Assembly (NCBI GenBank): GCA_905178155.1
Contig: CAJINV010000013.1
Span: 1,264,392 to 1,328,391 of the forward strand
DNA from: Amoebophrya sp. A120
Taxonomy: Eukaryota > Protista > Dinoflagellata
Reading direction: 5' to 3'
Length of the DNA: 64,000 bases
Below are positions 57,006 to 64,000 of this stretch, one piece after another. The notes under the pieces were generated by a model. That model was not told the origin of the DNA. It made no database searches and saw only the letters and a program-made list of their open reading frames with translations. Numbering within the stretch: position 1 is the first letter of the stretch; every line of letters starts with the position of its first letter. The position numbers were made by a program, and so were the translations under genes.

Positions 57006-58215
57006 ATGGGTAACCAACCAGCATCCGAAGTTGGGTCCGCAGCTTCCTCCGCCCGCTCCAGCAAGCGGTTTCCCGTGATCACGCTTGGTTCGACCCTGGA
57101 GTTCCGCGCAAACCAGGGCAAGGAGGACGACATGCTGCAGTTTTTGGTGATGGCCCGGGACGCCGTCGCGCAGACCGAGAAGGAGGGCACGCAGAACTGG
57201 TACGGCGTGCGGTACTTCCCCATAGCCGATCTGGGGCAGAAGCCGCAGCCGGACCGGTTCGGCATCGTCGATTTCTTCGTGGACGAGGCCGCCCAGGGCG
57301 CGCACTTCTCGGGCGAGGTCCCGAACGCGGTGGCGGCCAACGACCAGACGGAGGACCCCATCGTGCAGGGGGGACTGGACGCCATCGTGGCCAGCCACCG
57401 GTCCTGGCGGCTGCTGACCAACCCGCCGAAGCTGACGGAGGAAAAACGCATGAAGCACGCCAAGTTCCTGTCCTTCATCCCCATCCGGGCGGGCAGCGAG
57501 GAGCAGGTGGAAGCCCTCAAGGAGCTGCTGTTCGGTGGGTTCCTGCTGGTCTCGGAAAACGAGAAGAAGACCTCCTTCTGGGCGGCTTGCCAGAACGAAA
57601 ACGACCCCTTGGAGTTGTATCCAAGCCGAAAATAAATCCGTCCTTGAGCTGTTGAATTATACTGAGACATCAGTCAATGACATAGGACCTCCGGCGCAGA
57701 TTTGTTCTGCAAACGATATCGCGAGATATTCTCGCAAAGTTACTCTTTAAGCATGCTGATGCACACAACTGAACTGCTGCTCCAAAAGCGCGCCTCCTAC
57801 TGAATAAAAGGGTGGACCACACAACTGAGCAAGTGCTCTCGTCGTGACACCATTAAGTATAACAACAGCTCAAGGCTGCATTTTTTTGGGTCACAAGTTT
57901 GCTATCATCGACACTTTCGACTCAATCGGGGGTGTGTATGCGCACTTTGTGGAGCCCGCTTTGGTTCCTTCGGCGGTCCAAGCGGCACTGGTTGACAACC
58001 CGGATTTGATTGAGGGCGGCTGGGAAATCGGGGTGGTCGCCAACATCCGCGTCTTTCAGATCGTCGCATCGTACGCAAATGTTGCTTTGTCTCGCACCTC
58101 GATGGCTTTTGATCGTTCTGATAGATCCATACCAGTACCAAAGGAAGTGGATTCTTTGATAGGTCTTTGCCACGCCCCCCACTGGAACTGCCTTTGTATG
58201 ACACAGCGAAAATAA
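57006..58215 (+). CDS. Tandem ABM-like (dimeric alpha+beta barrel) protein with possible N-myristoylation (MGNQPAS)
   Basis: Two repeats: GTQNWYG...FGIVDFFVDEAAQGAHFSG and KTSFWAA...FAIIDTFDSIGGVYAHF, matching the ABM pattern; the second repeat is split by an introner. Confidence 0.7.
57618..57895. mobile_element. Introner, unique family, 278 bp, DR AGTTG/AGTTT
   Basis: IR core CCTTGAGCTGTTG / CAACAGCTCAAGG; TATC...CACA ends; removing 283 nt gives DPLEFAIID. Confidence 0.88.
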
Positions 58216-59788
58216 ATTCATTGCATATCAATGCATTCAGATTCACTTGCGTTCTGCTCTATTACGCGATCGCTGTATCAACATGTTTCGACGGTGGGCC
58301 TCACAGAAATCGCAAGAAAGAGAAACCGATCAAGAGACAAACTACCGAGAGAGCATTTACCGATCCATACTTTGAAAACGGACTACAATGCGGGGCCAAG
58401 TGCGACGAAAACGGCAAAAAGAGACTGCGTGATGTGCGGGTGAAGGCATGGCGATGAACGAATCAATTATAGTGCTCTATTCTTTCCGATTCTTTTCTTG
58501 TGAAGATATTTAGGACTGTCGCCAGACTCACAGTCGCAGTTGCTTGCGCTGTTCTTTTTTTATTAAAAAACATGCGTTTAGGTTTTCTAGGGTACTATCG
58601 CCTTTCATTACTTACTTGTTTTCCGCGGTTTGGGTAGAAGGACCCGGAGGTGGAAAAAAGCGCGCGGAATTGGCTGGACTTTTTTGCAGCTCCGTTTCTT
58701 GAATAGTCAAGTCCTCACATGCCGAATTTTGTTCAGAAACGGAAGAGTGTAGGGAGCCGTGCACGCCAACACTTCATGCGATAAGTGATTATATTTTGCT
58801 CCCCATTCGTCCGCACCAGAGGTCTTTGCGTAGCAAGTGCCGGCCATTATTTTGTACTGCTTTGTGCTTCAGACTCGAGGCGGAAGCAAAAAGAAAAAAC
58901 CGATACAGCCTGCGTTGCTCGGGTTGTTATTGTGTACCTTGCAATAATACTGTCGACGAGATTTCAGAGGATAAGTAACTCCGATGCAGTAAAAGTGTCC
59001 GGTCTTTCTGCGGGAACGCAGAGACAGATCCCTGTGGAAAAGGTGTTACAATTTTTGTGTGCTATATGCTCCTTCCTTGGTAAGGACTACAACTCCGTTT
59101 TTTGATGACAGAAGAATTCTGAAGAACGACGAGGTCAAAAAGAATGGAAGTGACTCGATCTGTCGATCTTCTTGCTGGTTCTCTTCACTGGAGAGAGCTA
59201 CAGCAGGTCTGATCATTCTTCTGTCGGAAAAGCGCGAACAAAACTCGATGATGAAAATGATTCTTGACTCCTGGAAATGCAGCTCTTTTATCACTCCGAT
59301 AGTCATCAAGGAGTAGTCGAACAAAGATCCTCCTTTGGGACTTGTGAGGAGATCAAGTCCGATTGCCCACTTCGCTTTGCGCTGTGTCTGTGCTGGAGGC
59401 AATTCATCGGTACCGGAGTCCCGTGCACCCGGCGAGCATTCGTAGTTTTCACTGGAAAAACAACTGTCTCTGGCACTGCTGCTAGCTATCAACAGAGTGC
59501 GCTATTAATTTGCGACCTCCCGAAGGCTGTTGCCACCGAAGGAAGTAAGTAAAAGTATAGAATTGATTGTCGTAGTACAAAGCGCCGCAAACGTGAAACA
59601 ACACCTGCATCTTTCACGTCATTCTACAACAAAACTAAATGATAACTGTAAGCTTTTACTATGGTTGTTATTCCCGACGGAAGTAGAAATACAAGGTGAA
59701 GGACTTACTCTTCTTCTGGCTTTAAAAGTAAACATAAGGTTATTTCAAGAGAGTTTTCATCATTTTAAAAAGAACGACCAATCCAACC

Positions 59789-61323
59789 ATGCCGCGCTCT
59801 GAGGCGGTTCTTCCGCTGGTCATGTTGACCTCCTTGTGCCGGCTTTCACTGGTACTCGCCACGCCACGTAGGGGAGGAAGCAGAAGTCGGGCAGCGTCAG
59901 CACAGGCCACCGCCACGACTGGAAAGCGAAGAAGGCTCCCCCCACCTGAGGAAGGCTCCGCGAGCACGCCGAGGAGCAGCCGGTGGGAGGTGGACGGCGG
60001 CGACGTAACCTCGGAGAAGGTGGCGGCGTTTCTTCCCCCGGAAGCTCCTGCACGTCGACCGCAGGAATTTGTTGAGGCGGCCCGGGTGTTGGCCCCATTC
60101 CGGCAAGTGAACCGAGAAGCGGCGCGCTTGGTACCGAAGGAAAGAGTGGCGCGGGAGGGGTACGAACTGATTTTGCAAGGTCTTTCGGAAGAAGACCTGC
60201 GCGTGGAGTACAGAAAGTTTTTGCAAAATCTCTCGGAAAAGGGCCTGTACGCGGAGTTCGTAAACGCTTTTTTTTCGCTGTCCGACGAGGATCTGGAAGG
60301 CGATCGCGCCAAAACGGACGGCCGCTGTCGCACTACAACTTTTCTGGACAGTCGCTCCGTCGACGATTTATTGGGGCCGACACTGGCGTTGAGCCGTCAA
60401 CAGGCCGAAGACCACCGGTACCCCGAGCAATACTGTTCAACATCTGCACGTATTATACATCCGGTTCCCCGAACAATACAGTATCACCCTTCGCGTTTTC
60501 ATCTGCACGCGGCACTCCAAGATGACTCGCCGCTTCTGCAGAGGATTTTTCGCGCGTTTTTTAGAGTGAGGACCCCCAGGACCCTGGAGCTTCCACAGCT
60601 GCAGGCACTAGTGCGCGACGCGACGACGTACTGCGTGTCAAACGGGCGGCTCTCTTTGGCGAAATGAAAGCAAGGGGGAAGACAAGAATGGATCCTGGGC
60701 ACGAGACATCGTACGAAACATGGCAAAGTTTCATTGATACGCAGCTCGGGCGATGGCTGGCTGCAGACGCACGCTTGACGGACGCGAGGGACAGAAGGAA
60801 TGGATGGATCAACTTTGCGGACCCGCAGACGGACCGTAACAGAATTATGAAGGGGCTTATTTGATGGTCATCCGGGGCTGCTCAAGTTGGTAGTTATGTT
60901 GGGTGCCAGCTATTGTAAATATGGGAATGTGGTGTTCCAGGGCGTGATAAAATGCAAATCGCGAGCCGCAGTAGAAGGTTTGATTTGTCAACATCCTGAA
61001 ATTTTTATTGTCGCGCTCGCGCCCCCCGCACGAGCTTTGTTCTTTATGTACGCATGTGATAAAAGTACTTAAATACTTTCTTTGGCAAGCTCAGGATGAC
61101 CTTTGTTTTCCGTACCACACAGTGCGGGGAGAGAATAACTCCACCAGACGACGGGGCGCGAGAGACTAGTGTGACATACCCGACCTCCCCCGACTTCGAG
61201 GACTTCTGGTTCACGTGGCACTTTGGGTATAACGCGTTTGCGCTGGCTCCTGGGATGCAGCTGAAGTCGGTTGTGATCACACTACGTTGGGAAGGCTACT
61301 CTCTCGAGTTACTTCTTTCTTAG
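59789..61323 (+). CDS. Hypothetical protein with signal-peptide-like N-terminus, probably three exons
   Basis: MPRSEAVLPLVMLTSLCRLSLVLA; coding-like segments at 59789-~60417, ~60565-60860 and ~61096-61323; junctions not resolved. Confidence 0.45.
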
Positions 61324-61743
61324 CGCTATCATGGCACTTGAACAGAGTGAAGTTAGTACTCCAGGATCTTTTGAGGACTCTTATTGTAGAAGAAGAATAG
61401 GCAAGAAGCTTGATGAATTTACAATTACGTCAGATTGATTGTTTGTGTTACGAGGATATTTACGTCAGATTGTGAATTAGGTTAGATTGCCATGAGAAAG
61501 AGGCTTTTAGGTGCATATCGTTTTGAGGCGACAGATCACAACAGGTCTACAAACTGGCTCAGCAAACAGCATCAATAGCACTCGCTCCTTTTGCTGCTAC
61601 TGCGTCTTTCCAAAAGCAAACTACTCCTAATATTCAGCAAAAACGAACAAGGCTGCAGGAAAGAAACAAAAAGAACAGGAGGAGGTCATGGGATAATCTC
61701 AGACTGGAACGGATTAGAATAGTCATTGTTTTGAGGCTTCCTG

Positions 61744-63639
61744 CTTATATGAATTAAGAATCGAACCCTTCATTTCCTAATACTCCCAGCTCTGCTGAAA
61801 AAGAAAACAAACAGTGTAAGCCCCCATACTCACACTTAGTTTTCTAAATTATTCCACCTCGACATTGTTTTTCTAATAAAGTACTACCGTCGTTGTTCTT
61901 CGTCGTTGTTCTTCGTCGTTGATGAGAACGGATACTACTTGAAACTCAACCAAAAACCATGGGGGCGAGGGGCCTCGAGAGGGTCCCTGGATGCTGCAGG
62001 GGGCCCCAGTGCGCCTCGTCCCTTTAGGAACAAACAACGTCGGTCCAGAGTAGAAGCAAAGTAATGACGTCGTCCCTCTCACTGACAGCGCCACCGCAGC
62101 ACGGGTCACCGCGTAGCCCCGCCAAGGAGTTAGATAAACGGCCTCGGATAGCAATAGCTTAGTAAGAGTAAAAAAGAAAGTCTAGAAACCGGGCCAATAA
62201 GTATAGACATAGCGCATAGATTAGTTATACACTCCACCCGCGCCCGCCGTGGTCGTGACCTTCGTGCCGTGATCGAGCGACGCGACAAGGGCCTGCGTTT
62301 TTCTTAGGGACGAGGGCGCAGGACATGTCAGTGAGGGGAACCCGTGGGCTTGTCCTTATCGATCTTTTGTCGTTCCCCTGGTTATTCCTTTGATTTCACC
62401 CATGCTATCTTTCTTTGTGCATCAGCACAGCCAGCGTGCACGAGAACAACGCCCCTCTTAACGACGTCGGATGTGGACGCGCCTACACGCTCGACAGAAG
62501 GACTTCCGCCAACGACGGGGGAGGGTCAGCCGAGGATCGACGACGGGGGAGCTTTCTGTACTACGTCGGAGCGGGCGCCGTTTTTATAATATCATCGTGT
62601 TGCACTACTTCATGTCGACGGTGGAGGGATAGGGAGTCCTCCACTGCGGGCTTCAGCCGACAGGTAACTCTGTTGCTTCGCCCTCACAACCATTTCCATT
62701 CGACACAGTAGTGGCTCACTTCTTCTCGTCGAACAGGCGTGGCGTCTGGGCACTCCGGGCACGGGCCCTAGCGGACACCAATCGCCTAGTGGTCACCAAC
62801 CGGCTGTGGTCAGCGCCACAAATCCAAACTTTGCGCCCCGAGCTCTCTCGCTGTGGTTTGACACGCATCACGGTGTAGCAGCTAGTATGTTGTGTCGTCT
62901 CTCCACCGGGAAACTACGACACCAAGTGAAGACGTACAGCTGGCAGATACAACTACCGCGGAACCAGCGAGCCACTACAATCAAGCGGCCAGCGACACCA
63001 TGGGGGCGTTTGCAGTACAGACTCGGGGACGGGCCTTGAGCGGAGAAAAGGAGATCTTCATGGGTCGTGGCACTGAAGTCCTAGGTTTTGTACACCTGGC
63101 AGGGCTATTTGTCCACGATATAAAAAGACCGTCGGTACGCACGCGCGTAGAAAAAAAAAAGGGTTTAGGGTCATACCTACAAGCAGCGCCACGCTTCCAA
63201 AAGAGGAAGAAGTTTTCGTACAAAAAGCTAGTGCGTAATATGAGGATGATACAATAGACAGGGTTTAGGAAAAAAAGTCTGTGCTCAGACTTGGCGCGCT
63301 AGTTCGACTGTTACTTCACTACAAGACCACTTTTGGTGGCCCGCCCTGCATACACGCATCGGGAAGCAATAGTCTTATTAGTGTAGTGCTATGGTGGAGG
63401 GTTTAACTGCTATGCGGTGCCCGAGTCTGTCGAGCGCAAGTAGTTGTACTTGGCACAAGTTTTAGGTGCTACACTACTCGCCACACCGCACCCGTACCCG
63501 TACCCGTAAAAACCTATCCCCAGCTCGGCTAGTCGTCCTCAGAAACATGTCCTATGGTTAGCTTAAGAAAGAGAGTAGCTTAGTAGTTAGAAGCTGACTA
63601 TAGCGGTGTCCTTCTCCTCCTCTTATATGAATTAAGAAT
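61744..63639. mobile_element. ~1.86-kb segment bounded by a perfect 18-bp direct repeat CTTATATGAATTAAGAAT; possible insertion with long TSD
   Basis: Repeat copies at 61744-61761 and 63622-63639; no recognisable coding capacity inside. Confidence 0.45.
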
Positions 63640-64000
63640 GTCGCGTACTGCTGTCGCGAGTCACAAATAAAAGTGTTTAGTTTTTCGCTACTCTCGCGCA
63701 GCTAGAAGCACAATTACCCACGTAGCTATTTCGCGATGGGATTTTTTTTGAACTTTACCCCGGCCCTCATAGTTCGTACTGCTGATGGTGAGACACAACA
63801 AAGGCCAGCCAGTTTCGCACTTTTGATGGTGCGGGCAAGGTTGGCTGCCAGTGCAGCCAGGCTCATCGTGGGCTCCGTCTTATTCTGTTTGCTGTTTCGC
63901 AGACAAAACGGAAACGAAATGAGGTGGCAAGTTCTACAGCAATATATCGAAGCACTGATGTATGATGACATTGAAAGGCCACTTGCGATAACATATCAAT

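Noticed and set aside
63726-63971. Small minus-strand CDS at the window end
   Set aside because: Short, no recognisable motif, and insufficient context.
1-64000. Genome-wide stop-codon reassignment, rRNA or tRNA genes
   Set aside because: Multi-kb ORFs are open under the standard code, and no rRNA or tRNA-like sequence was recognised by eye.

Overview
Compact eukaryotic genomic window with about 14 intron-containing genes. All genes from 1 to 34.0 kb lie on the minus strand and all genes from 37.6 to 61.3 kb on the plus strand, separated by one divergent strand-switch region with an AT-rich core. Recognisable products: Upf1/SETX-type SF1 helicase (partial), DHX15/Prp43, a signal-peptide Ser/Thr kinase, an RPB4-like-domain protein, an EGF+TM protein, an L/F-transferase-like protein, a DDI1-like aspartyl protease, an extended SDR and a tandem ABM-domain protein. 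The dominant signal is 19-20 MITE-like inserts, mostly 166-321 bp, inside coding exons. They have TAT...ATA terminal inverted repeats and 5-bp direct repeats, and removing the element plus exactly 5 nt restores the reading frame in the 18 cases with clear ends. They lack GT-AG ends, occur in both orientations relative to the transcript, and share an internal GCAT(G/C)ACA motif. This resembles the non-canonical introner elements reported in the parasitic dinoflagellate Amoebophrya; the taxon is inferred, not proven. Also present: a 1.9-kb insertion nested in one introner, a second ~1.9-kb segment bounded by an 18-bp direct repeat, and an intronic satellite. All exon joins were derived by hand from DNA, without RNA evidence.
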